Assembly (NCBI GenBank): GCA_044892505.1
Contig: CM097883.1
Span: forward strand, 410,006,001 to 410,070,000
From: Schmidtea nova
Lineage: Eukaryota
Direction: 5' to 3'
DNA length: 64,000 bases
In this document: positions 25,536-36,578 of the stretch, one piece after another
Layout of the letters: each line of letters begins with the position of its first letter
How positions within the stretch are numbered: the stretch's first letter is position 1
Translations under genes and position numbers: made by a program
Notes under the pieces: generated by a model
The model's input: only the letters and a program-made list of their open reading frames with translations
Database searches by the model: none
What the model was told of the DNA's origin: nothing

Positions 25536-26640
25536 CTACTTCCTCAGATCGTTAAGGGCACTAGCGTAGATGTTAATAGAAAAGATATATTGAACCACGA
25601 TCACATCTAGAACGCGATGGTGGGAATAATTTGTAATAGCCATGTGGGCGACTGGTTTACAGTGAAATTTTTCTACAAGAGGAATCCATTGTCAATCAGG
25701 ATGTTCCCATCACATATTTCAATCTCCGTCCAAATCAACTGATAGATTGTTACGAATGAGATTATCCTTGCAAATGACGTTATCATTTTCTATGGTTAAT
25801 TCTTTCTTTATATTCACTTCCTGGATAATATTTGTTGGTGGCTGGAAGCTAAATTCTTCCAGGTCAGCAGGTGGTATCGAAGGTTTTACTTCCTTGGCTG
25901 TGACAGTAACTTCACTGTTTTTAACTTGTTCGGGATTGTTAGAAAGATCAACTTTACTAGTTTTTCTTTGACTGGGTGTTTTGCGAAGCTTAAACTTCTC
26001 TTTATCTCTCTTCTTAGCCTTGGCTGAAACTATGTTCTTCAGGATCTTTTAACTGTTGATTTTGGTGCTGCTGGTTTCCTTACTTTTTCAGTTTTAATCG
26101 CGCATGTTTCGTATGCGTCTTCTTCGGTTATAGGAGGTGGTATATAAGATCGCCGATAATCTGCGGATCCTTGGGCTTAGATATTTTAGATATGCTTGAC
26201 TCTGGGTGAATTTCTTCTTTTATTTTCGAGGATTTTAAAACAACGCTTCTGGTTGATACCTTTGATGACTGTTTTTGTTGATTGGTTCGTGGTTTTTCGT
26301 TGTCTTTCATGGCTTTATAGGCTGAGGTAAAAATATAATCTTCATTAGGTGGAGGGAAATGGTCAATATATTCATTTCAACATCAGCACGACAAATGTAG
26401 TGTATTCTGTCCCTTGGATGGACATGTTTTTCTCCCTTCCATCGGAGTTATTAATTTCAAGACTGCTGTTTAATTCCATATCTATAGGTCCTGTTGCTCC
26501 TGCAATGAATATTATGAATGGCTTCGTTATTGGATGTATCCATAAATTTTTCGTGTTCTGGCGCGACTTGAATTCTCGGAATAAGTCGGTTATTAAGATT
26601 ATTCCCTTGCTTCTTAGGATAATGATGATCATGTCTTGAA
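25536..26640 (-). pseudogene. Unknown cassette, copy A-: K/S/P-rich region followed by a W..WE....W.PL segment
   Basis: Frame 26040->25536 reads ...LDGD*NM*WEHPD*QWIPLVEKF..., with TGA at 25719, 25710 and 25692. Weakly alignable to DFRIQWEGDPSWPL. Further ORF fragments lie at 26128-26632. Confidence 0.45.
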
Positions 26641-27222
26641 ATTGTTTGGGCTATCTACTCGATACATTTTTTATTTGCAGTAATTTCAAGAGATATCACC
26701 CTTTTACTCACAATTTTCAAACTTTATCTTGTCAAATCCAACTTTGCATAATTACTAACAGATGCCTGACAAATTGATATATTTTCATTTCCTAATGCTT
26801 TGACAACCCCTTTTTGAGTAAAAGTTCTATCATTCTGAAAACATTTTCCTACTTTCAAAACCTTTACAGTTAAACTTTTGAGTTTGGATCCGGAATTTTT
26901 AAAAAAATCATAAAAGTTAATTGATCTATTTTCAGAATCTTCAAGTATTCTAAACCATTTATATGTTACAGGTTTTAAAAAGGTTTAAATTTTAGCGATT
27001 TTTATCGGAGGATCACCGCCATCTTGCATATTCTTTATAAAACTCAGGATTTTTTGAGTTATTGGTTTTCCGGTTTTGATTTTTTTTATTTTCTTCTCTT
27101 CAATTCCATAATTTACGGATTTAAATTATTCGTTTATTTATAATACTTAATATTTTATTTATAACCCTTAATATTTTATTTATAATACGTAATAAATCTG
27201 TATAAAAGAACAAAGGAGTCAG

Positions 27223-27502
27223 AGCGACGCAAATATTTACAAACAAAAATAACAACATCGTTCACTCTCGCATATGTGAAAGCTTCGTAAGGTATCAACG
27301 AGTAGAGATATTTCTACTAAAAAGCGGGCTAAAATGATTTTCCTCCAAAACCATGCAACTACATCCCAAAAAATGTAAACTGAATATAAAATCAAAAGCC
27401 AAATCAGACCCATAATTCTATATGCCGCTGAGGAAATATCCTCTACAATTGTTGGATCATCGTTACATGGAAAAATTCACGAAATCCAAATCTTGCCTAA
27501 CG
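27223..27502 (+). repeat. Right arm of the inverted repeat, directly upstream of RING paralog 2
   Basis: See 21938-22213. TATAAAAG lies at 27201-27208, just upstream of the arm. Confidence 0.9.
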
Positions 27503-27641
27503 AGAAAACTGTAATTAAATTTGTTGAACTATTTTTAAGTAAAAATATTTCCTCTATTAATGTAATTGAGAAATTTAAATTCGTAAAATTTTATTTTGTT
27601 TGAATTAATTTCCGAATATCATTATTTATAGAAAACAGATA

Positions 27642-29129
27642 ATGAATAGCTTGATGACAAACAGTGACTGCCCGATTTGTTATGATTCCATGTCAAGCAA
27701 TAACTTTATCATTTTCTCATATTGCCTTCATCGGGTATGCAAAAGGTGTGCAGAAGAGATTATGTTCCAAAAGCCTCCTAAATGCCATCTTGATAATCAA
27801 AAAATCAAAAAAATATTTCAATTTCGAATTGACCAAAATATTGAAAGTGAATTTATAATTGAATCAAGATCTTCACGAGAATACCTGGATTCTATTTTAT
27901 CCGGGGGGCCGCAGTCAATAGTCGATGCTATTGATGATAATTGCCATGTACTAGCAATACATTTCACAAATAGTTTACTAAAAACACAGAAATCCTTCAA
28001 AACAATAAAAAATCATTTGAACAGTTGGCTAAAAAGAAATGAATTTATTGAAAAAGAAGATATATTGGACTACATAAATTGGATTGAATCGGAGAATATT
28101 TATAATGATGATACAAGATATCCAGAAATAATAGACTTGGAGAATAAGGGATATATTTATGGGAAATATATTAACCAACATTCGTTTGAAATATTACCTA
28201 GATGTTATAAGAATTTGGAGACATCACATTTTATCAAATATTACGACTATTTTGTTGATATCCCGTCATTTCATTGTTTATTTGCTTTAGACATTTCTAA
28301 AGACATCCAGCAAGAACTGATGAAGAACTTCATGAAAATTATTGACTCTAATTTGGAAGGATTCAAATTTGCATTTCAATATCTTACTTTCTTCGTATTG
28401 TCGTTCTCGAGGAATAATAGAGAATTGTATGAGAAAATACAAATAGATATTGATAAAGTAGATTTCCACAGATGTTTGATTTGCGTTGGAGAAATCAATA
28501 AATTGAAATTCGGAAAATTGTCAAATTGCGAACATATAATATGTAGAGATTGCATTCACGATTTCAAGATTACCCATGCAAGTTGTCCATTTGATGATGA
28601 GGAGTTTAGTGATTTGATAATGATCAGTGATGATCCAATAAATGGCAAAGAAAGGAAACAGAAAACTGTTTTTGATTATTTGTGTAGACATGAAAAAGAT
28701 ATTTTAAAAGAGTTGGACAAGGACATCACTGAAAAAAATTTAGATTTCTATAACAATTTTGGAAATAAATTTAGGGGGAAATGTCTTATTTTCAAGGCTA
28801 AAATGCATTCTTTGCATGTAGCTTTAATATCATATTCACACAATGATGAAAAGATTAGTAAATTACATAAAGAATTACAACAAATATTTCTGGAACTCCG
28901 TAATTATGACTACTCTGGATATGTGCTGTCAGATATTAAATATCAATATCGTCTTAATTGTGCTGGAATCTTTTATTATGAATTTAGCAATTGTTCGCAT
29001 TGGGGGAATTATTCTGTTATCAGTTGTGACGGAAAGGAAATGATAGAAAAACTTAATAAAATCGAAAAATATTTATTTCTTGATGAGATAAATCTAGATA
29101 TGGTAGCACATTCTTTTGTAATCATTTAA
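27642..29129 (+). CDS. Single-exon 495-aa double-RING finger protein (putative E3 ligase), paralog 2
   Basis: Intact ORF with the same two C3HC3D-type RING motifs. About 100 bp of upstream sequence is shared with paralog 1. Confidence 0.85.
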   Translation: MNSLMTNSDCPICYDSMSSNNFIIFSYCLHRVCKRCAEEIMFQKPPKCHLDNQKIKKIFQFRIDQNIESEFIIESRSSREYLDSILSGGPQSIVDAIDDNCHVLAIHFTNSLLKTQKSFKTIKNHLNSWLKRNEFIEKEDILDYINWIESENIYNDDTRYPEIIDLENKGYIYGKYINQHSFEILPRCYKNLETSHFIKYYDYFVDIPSFHCLFALDISKDIQQELMKNFMKIIDSNLEGFKFAFQYLTFFVLSFSRNNRELYEKIQIDIDKVDFHRCLICVGEINKLKFGKLSNCEHIICRDCIHDFKITHASCPFDDEEFSDLIMISDDPINGKERKQKTVFDYLCRHEKDILKELDKDITEKNLDFYNNFGNKFRGKCLIFKAKMHSLHVALISYSHNDEKISKLHKELQQIFLELRNYDYSGYVLSDIKYQYRLNCAGIFYYEFSNCSHWGNYSVISCDGKEMIEKLNKIEKYLFLDEINLDMVAHSFVII

Positions 29130-30626
29130 CTCGTGAACCCATCGCAATTTTTAAAAGTTTTATAAGAAATGAATAATGATTTTTAGTTGTTAAAAAAGCA
29201 TTATTTATCCGTTGGAAATGGCATCACCAATGCAATTATTAAAGGCTTTATTTCATTTTATTGTCCATAGTTTATTCACAGAAGTTCAGCGATTCTTAAT
29301 TTGATATAGTTGACATTTTAATTTTTACGTGATTTGCTTTGATTTTATTAATAAACATACTTTATTATTATCTAGTTTGATCATAAAATATGGAGAAATT
29401 AATTATCAATCAACATGCTAGACTAGTGTCCATAAAGGATGCAAAATTATAACTAGTAGTTCAATTCTGATAAAATACGCAGAAAAACCTTGTAACAAGA
29501 ATCTAATCTATTTTTTAAGTTTATAAAATATTTCGACAGAATTTTACTTGGATTTAAAGACCGTTCGTTAATGCAATTAGAAATACACAATCTCAGTTTA
29601 TCTTTTGCATATTTATTCATAAAATATAAATAACAATTTAATAAACTGGAATAAGCATACCGAATGTAATAAGGATTATTTTAAATTCGAAAATTTTCAC
29701 TTAATAAAACTTTGTAGCAAAGGCTTATTTTGTTATTTATTAATTAATGTTGCTACAATAAAACCACCTTTTATGTTGCAAGTATTGTTATTACTAGTAG
29801 TAATGTCTGTCCAATAGTCTCGCGATCTAATGGACGATAAGTTGCCTCTCGCGCCGACTCATTTGGGAGGTGGTCGATGTGGCGTACCAGCGCTAAATAC
29901 AGGGAGCGGTTGTACGTGGGGCATATAATAAGTTTGTTTGAATCGTTTAGGGTTGAATAATGTGATTCCGCATACATAGCATAGCTGCAATAAACAACGC
30001 ATTCAAGTGAACGTAGGGCGTGCGAAATGGTAGCATTTGATATTCCATGTGTTCGTAAAAATCATTCACAACCCAGAAGTAGAATTCCAAGGGAATAGAT
30101 CACATAATCAGGGCGTTTGAATTTATTATTATTGAACACCACATGCATAGCCAATCACATACCTAGGACATTTGCATTTGCATCAACACTATTCGAGACG
30201 AGTCGTATTCAATTTAGAGTTTTTACAAGCATCGAACATATGGTTCGAGTTAGCAATAGATACAGGGTGTTCGGATAATGCGATCCCATATGAGGAGGGT
30301 ATTTGGTAATAGTGAGAATGAGTGTGGCCGAGTGTTGCTTTTTATTAGTATGATTGCGAGCAAGAGTGCTATTGAATAGCGACAACGAATGTTTGAAATT
30401 TCCGTAATTAGAATTACTCCCAATAATTGCAAATCAATTATTTACCTAGCCAAAACTTAAGGTAAACAAAGAGTTAATTGAGTTACACAAGTTATATATA
30501 TTGTAGAGATTGAGTTACTCGGCCAATTTTTGAGAAAAATTTTTAAAGTGACATTAGTTCATTTCATACAGTACAAATTTAATCCTATTCCCCAGAAATA
30601 TTGGTAAGGGAAAATGGTCGTTTTAT

Positions 30627-31170
30627 TTGATTGTTACCCAAAAATTTAGATTCCAGATCATAATCCAGGACGACAGTAACCGAAGGAGGATGTTCGCTGG
30701 GGATGTCAAATATTTTCGAAGCGGTAAAATAAACAAACCCGCGTATCGGCCATCTGAAGTCAATGAAGAGATAAATCGTCAGCTCCATTTGGTTTATGGG
30801 AGGAAGAAGACTTCGAGATACGGTGGGAAGGAGTGCCCCATTGGCCACTCTCAGAGGACTTACCCCATACCAGCCATATCAGATGGTTCATAGAAATCCG
30901 AGATGAAAATGGCACACCTCGATGGCTCATTCATTTCCAAGCCATCGAGACTCGAAAGTTGAACCAACTGGGGTACATACTACTAAACAAACCCGCCATA
31001 TTCTGACTGGCGAGGAAATCAGATACATCAATCTGTCTTTTACATTTTAACAATAATGGAAAACGAAATCCAGATGGACCGCAAACATCCGGGTGCAGGA
31101 AATATTCCTGTATAAGGAGCGCCTAAGTTGGAAACCCAACCCAGCCTTATATCGCGAGGACGGTATTTAA
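30627..31170 (+). pseudogene. Unknown cassette, copy B: W-x5-WP domain ORF (frameshifted)
   Basis: EEDFEIRWEGVPHWPL..IRWFIE..ENGTPRWLIHFQ..LGYILLNKP / RHILTGEEIRYINL...WTANIRVQEIFLYKERLSWKPN. Confidence 0.65.
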
Positions 31171-31205
31171 TTTAAAGAGACTAACAAATGTAAGAAATGT
31201 AAGAA

Positions 31206-31623
31206 ATGAAAACTACCAAGAATAGGGAAGAAAGAGAATCCAAGGAGACTATAAATGCGCTCCGACGGAAAGTTGTTTATCAGGCGAGAGTTATCGAGGA
31301 GACGCGACGTAAGTGGTTCACCCCAGCGTCGATGAAGACCACGATGATGTGGAATGAACGCCTCAAAAAAAGCTTTAAATGAACAAACAATAGAATTATC
31401 AGCGACCCATATCGAGTTGAATAAGTGTCTCCGTACCGTGTCGGGAGATTTTGTATCACAACATTTGAGGAGTCAAATTAGGGCCGCCTTATTCGAGAAA
31501 TGGGTGATGAGACAGGCAATAGAAGTAGAGACGCAGACCAAAGTCAAATCGGCAAATCAGTCAGTAATTCCGAAGGTCACAATCTCCGAAAACCCAACCA
31601 TCCCAATTATAAGCAGAAGATGA
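31206..31623 (+). pseudogene. Unknown cassette, copy B: coiled-coil ORF (one frameshift near 31360)
   Basis: MKTTKNREE...RRKWFTPASMK / ALNEQTIELSATHIELNKCLRTVSGDFVSQHLRSQIRAALFEKWV. Confidence 0.65.
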
Positions 31624-32359
31624 AAAATCGAAACCGATTAGGCTTAAAACGAAGTGGAGAGCGTCGAGCATTTGCAGAACGGTTAAACATTCAAGTGGAT
31701 TTATTGAGCAGACTGTCGGAGAAACAGCTGATGAATTTGATTGATACAAATATGTTTTGTGGATAAATAAATCGCGTTTCGTATATGATTTAAATTGAAT
31801 ATTTTTGCAATGATTGTTTGACGATTTTCTGCATTAAGTAAGAATTTTAGTAAAGATTTTAAATAAAGGGACCAGGTGTACGGCAAGGAAAGGTCTTCTA
31901 TCGACTGAACGAAGCCGTATGGGTAAGAGGGGAATTGTAACTCCCTAGGTTGCTCACCTACCTTCTTGACATACAACGGTTAGTGCAGTTCCAACGTGAG
32001 GTACGATTAGGGGTATTTCATGGGCATTATCGCGAGATTTACGATTTTATGTGGGAGATGTTTCCCTAATATAAACATCATTAAAACTCATTTTTTACAC
32101 CTATACCCAACAGTATTGTAATATTATTATTAATGAGTATGTTTTTAGTTATATTAATATTATTTTTGTTATTTTTGTAAGGGTTAGGCCCTTGGCCTTA
32201 AGCATAAAAGAATTAAATATCACTAAAAATAGAATAATTACAAAAATAGAAATAGATAATTACACTAATCATAATTGAATTACTTAAAATTAAAATAACC
32301 GTGATTAATTACTAAAAATAGAATTGGTCTATCTTTAGTAATTATAAATTATGATAACC

Positions 32360-32386
<27 letters not shown>

Positions 32387-32390
<4 letters not shown>

Positions 32391-34017
32391 GTAGACCTCT
32401 TGTATCTGCAGTTGACACTCCTTCCACAACACTTTCTAAAGTTCTTTCAGAAATTCTAAAAACACTTTTGCCTTTGGTTCCTTCTCATCTTAAAAACACA
32501 ACTGAATTCGTCTCCGAAATTACAAATACGTCTCTTCCGTTAAACTCAGGACAACAGTACTTCTGGGGATCTCTTGACGTTTCCAATCTTTACGGATCTA
32601 TTCCTCTTCACGGAGAGAATAACATTTTCGATATCGCAGCTTCTTTCTTTGAAACTCATAAAGCCAATACTGACCTCGCAGACTTAACTAAACAAGACTT
32701 TATAGAACTTCTAAAATTAGCAATAAATTCAGATACTGTCATAATTAAAGAAAAACCATTCAAACAAATTCATGGATTAGCCATGGGTAATAACCTTTCT
32801 CCCATCTTAGCCATCTTCTACATGAACTTTATAGAATCTAAGATCATATCTTTTTTTGGGGACAAAATACTTTTCTGGAAACGATACATCGACGACATCT
32901 TCATAGTCTCCACAATCCCTCTCAATCAAATCCTATCACACGCAAATTCTACTAACACCAACATACAATTTACTTTTGAAACACCGAACACAGAAGGTAA
33001 AATACCGTTTTTAGATACCATGGTAAGTTTCACAAAAGGCCAAGATACACTAAATGCAAACACCGAGCTATATTCTAAAGGTTTACATAGCGGTCATATC
33101 CTCCCATGGAAAAGCCACGTTCCACTTCAACGCAAAATCGCATTACTAATAGGAGAAAGAAAAAGAGCCATAAGAAACTGTTCAGACGCAAACAAAATAC
33201 AAGAAACATTAGAAAACTTCAAAATACGATTCCTCCAAAATGGATACCCTGAAGACTTTGTAAAGAAACACTTCCTTAACGAACCATACCACAATAAACG
33301 CAACAATAGAAAACGCCAGAAACACAATAACAATAACAAACACACAACATATCTAAGATTACCTTTCCTAAATGACACTACAGCCAACAAAATCACCAAC
33401 ATTTTTAATCAAACAGATTTGCCTATCCACATCCGTCCAACGTTCATAACCTCCGCACCGTTAAAATCACAACTCCGAAAGCCACCAATTTCCAACATCT
33501 CCAAACATAAATGTCTTTGTCGTTCCACAACCCGATGCTTTTGCTTTTCCAAAAATATAGTATATAAACTTTCTTGTCAAAAATGTGACGCTACTTACAT
33601 AGGAGAAACACAGAACTTTTCGCACCCGACTTAATGAACATACTAAAATCAAAACCAGTAATTATTACGAACACTGGGAAAAAGTACATAAAACAACTCC
33701 ATCTATAGAAGAAACAAAATGCCAGATCCTACAAGAGGGATTCAAAAATTCATTACAAAGATTAGCTTCCGAGACTTTTTTCATAAAAAAATACAAACCG
33801 TCCATCAACATTCAATTCGCACAAAAAAATTAAAATAAAATAAATTTTTTCATCCAATAAAATCATTATAAAATATTAAAAAAATAATTAAGGCTACTAT
33901 TTAGGATTAAGTAAATATAACGATAGAAATACACACTTGATAAAGGCTGTGCCGAAATATTGTGTTATTGTTTATAAAAAAAAAAATTTTGATCTATAGT
34001 CATTATGAGAATTATTG

Positions 34018-34020
<3 letters not shown>
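32387..34020 (+). mobile_element. 5'-truncated Penelope-like retroelement (RT + GIY-YIG endonuclease) inserted in (TA)n
   Basis: RT motifs RPLVS..LDVSNLYGSIP..GLAMGNNLSP..KRYIDDIF..IPFLD. GIY-YIG motif KNIVYKLSCQKCDATYIGET with a frameshift near 33610 (continues TRLNEH...KPSIN to TAA 33831-33833). (TA)n on both sides. Confidence 0.95.
33933..33965 (+). ncRNA. Minimal PLE-type hammerhead ribozyme motif
   Basis: ACAC-TTGATAA-A-GGCTGTGCC-GAAA-TATT-GTGT: stem I ACAC/GTGT, U3-A8 core variant, stem II GGC/GCC, palindromic ATAT stem III. Confidence 0.7.
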
Positions 34021-34062
<42 letters not shown>

Positions 34063-35535
34063 ATTTTGTAATTACCAATTGGACGAATAGTAAAATGAAA
34101 GAAAATAATTGATGGAAACAATCCAATCTAATCGGATAAATTATTTAATATTCCCAAACAATTATCGGGCAAAAACTTCTAATTGGCTGAATCGGCTGAA
34201 AAAAATTAGTATATGGAGTAACCAAATTCAGTCAAACAACTATTAATATTTTTTTACATTACTTACTTGCGTATAAATTGTCTTTATTTTTAACAGCTAA
34301 TTTTTGATTTTGATAACTCGTGATTCAATTCAGAAGACTTTTGTATTAGGAGAACCTTCTATTTGTGTTGAAAATAAAACTTAGTAAAGTAATTAAATTG
34401 TTTGTTTTTATTATATTTTCGGGTAACTTCTCATACATAGTGTTTTCAGTTTTTATGTGCAATCTATAATTTAAAGATTAATAATGTTCGAGGTCATGAT
34501 GGTCTTCTGGATTGCTGACCTCATGTGGCTTAAGTCATCGGTAAGCAGACTAAAAGTTAATACAACGTCATTTAAGGTTCTGAGAGGGAATAGTAGGATA
34601 CAATCAACTTTTATTGAAAGTTAACCGGAATTTTCTTGAACGAGTAGGAGTGAAGAAATTTCCATAATTCAAAATCGTGTTTGAATATTTTGCAGCAGTA
34701 ATCAATTTGCCTGGAACGGCTGTCACAGCTTAGATTAATGACAGTTTATATCCTGAGATCGACACTGTAAGTGATGTGTAGCAGTTGTAGTAATACTACC
34801 AAGTAGGAACTCGTTAATTAAAACTGATCAACGATTCAACGATATGCATATAAAATCATCTAAACAATAAAGCGATAATCAGTGATTAACTAATCTGCAG
34901 TAAAAAGTAAATCTAGCGATTTAGATACAAACGCGTAAGAAAGCATAAATAAAATGTCGAAAAGTCAACGTGTAAATCAATGAATAAACTATAATCCACT
35001 AAAGTCAACATAATTAATTAAAATCAATCGTCACACTAAAATCAACCCAAAAATTCCAGTCAGGAAATCTAATGTTTGACTCTTCGTGAAAGTAAACCTA
35101 TTGTCTAAACCAGATTCAAAAATCATCCCCGAATGTACGGCATCGCCTAAGTGGCAAGAGAGAAATGTAATGGTCGAACCGATGAGTTTTCGTCGAATTA
35201 GTTACAATAATAAATGTCGGTTGAGCATTATCATAAAAGGCAGGAAACGCAATTCACTCGGAAATTATGGTCCGGAAATCACATTTGGAAACAATATGCC
35301 ATTGACAGGTGCGGCAAATCTAACCATTAGTGAATTGCGATAACAATGGAGAAGAATTTTCGTCGAAAGCCTTTGTGAAAATCAGTAAAAATAGTAGTAA
35401 GGGAATATCAGTTTCCGTTAAACTGGGTTAAACCGCCAGAGTTCAATTACCGAATTGCACGAGAGTAAATTCTATCTAAGTGGAAAATAATTAATTCTAG
35501 TCGCATTAACAAGAACTATCAAATTTCTATCCTAG

Positions 35536-35805
35536 ATGGATCATTTTTACTGCAACGCAAAGATTTCGGGAAGAGCTAGTAGGGGAGAGGAGCCCAAGTC
35601 AAACCGAACGATCAGTATACCTCGGGAGATCGTTTATGACAACCACCTCGTCATAACAATGCCCCTCAAACAGATTCCCACTGAGCTGGCCAAGGATATC
35701 TTCATGGAACATCAAAAAGTGTTTTTACAAGACGGTGAAACATCGAGTTTCAGTCTGCATCGTGTGGTATTGGAGCGCAGAGTGGCCTATTGACGTGGAT
35801 ATTTT
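35536..35805 (+). pseudogene. Unknown cassette, copy C: F-box-like motif and start of the W-x5-WP domain
   Basis: IVYDNHLVITMPLKQIPTELAKDIF..VFLQDGETSSFSL / IVWYWSAEWPIDVDI aligns to the 56.3-56.9 kb minus strand. Confidence 0.65.
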
Positions 35806-36578
35806 TTTAATTTTATTCTTCAGGTTCCTTCCATTAACACTGCCAATAACAATGATACTAATACTACACTAACAATGATGATAACAACAACAATAACAAC
35901 AACAATAATAAATAAAAGTATAATGACGAGAAAAATGTCAATAATAATGATGATAATAATATTCACTATGATAATAATAATAAAAGTTTGCCCTTAGTAA
36001 TAATTAATAGGATCTACCTTTATAACAAACACTTTCCAATCGTCGTCCATGGTAGCCAAACCCCGGCGATTGGGATTGTTAAACAGACAATCTTCATTAA
36101 TTTATAATAATATACTAAATAATTATACCAATGCATTTGGCATGTAGTTTAAGTTCAATATATGTGTATGATTAAAAAAGACTTTGTCTGTGTTAATCTG
36201 ATTGAATGGCTTTGTTATAAATACTAGACGATTTTCGAATATAATTATTATTTTAAAATGAGTAATGAAAATGAAGAAACTCCCAAACTATATTTACATG
36301 ATCATGTTGAGATTCAGTTGATATGTGCAACAAAACTCACCAAAGCCAAATACCAACAAATTATGGCATTCATTTAAAATAGAGATTATAATACATTGAA
36401 AGAAGCATTAAACAAAATCCAAATATCCAATCGACTCTCGTGTTTTTAATAAACGCTATGCAATTTATTTATTAATCAATATCAATATTGCATTTGTTTT
36501 GGATTTATTTATTTATTAATCAATTTATTTATTAATAATCAATATCAATATTGCATTTGTTTTGGATTTATTTATTTA

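Noticed and set aside
25692-25721. Alternative genetic code (TGA=Trp) in cassette ORFs; in-frame TGAs also at 24094-24096
   Set aside because: Other copies are broken by TAA/TAG and frameshifts, and TGG is used freely. TGG->TGA and CGA->TGA decay explains the pattern.
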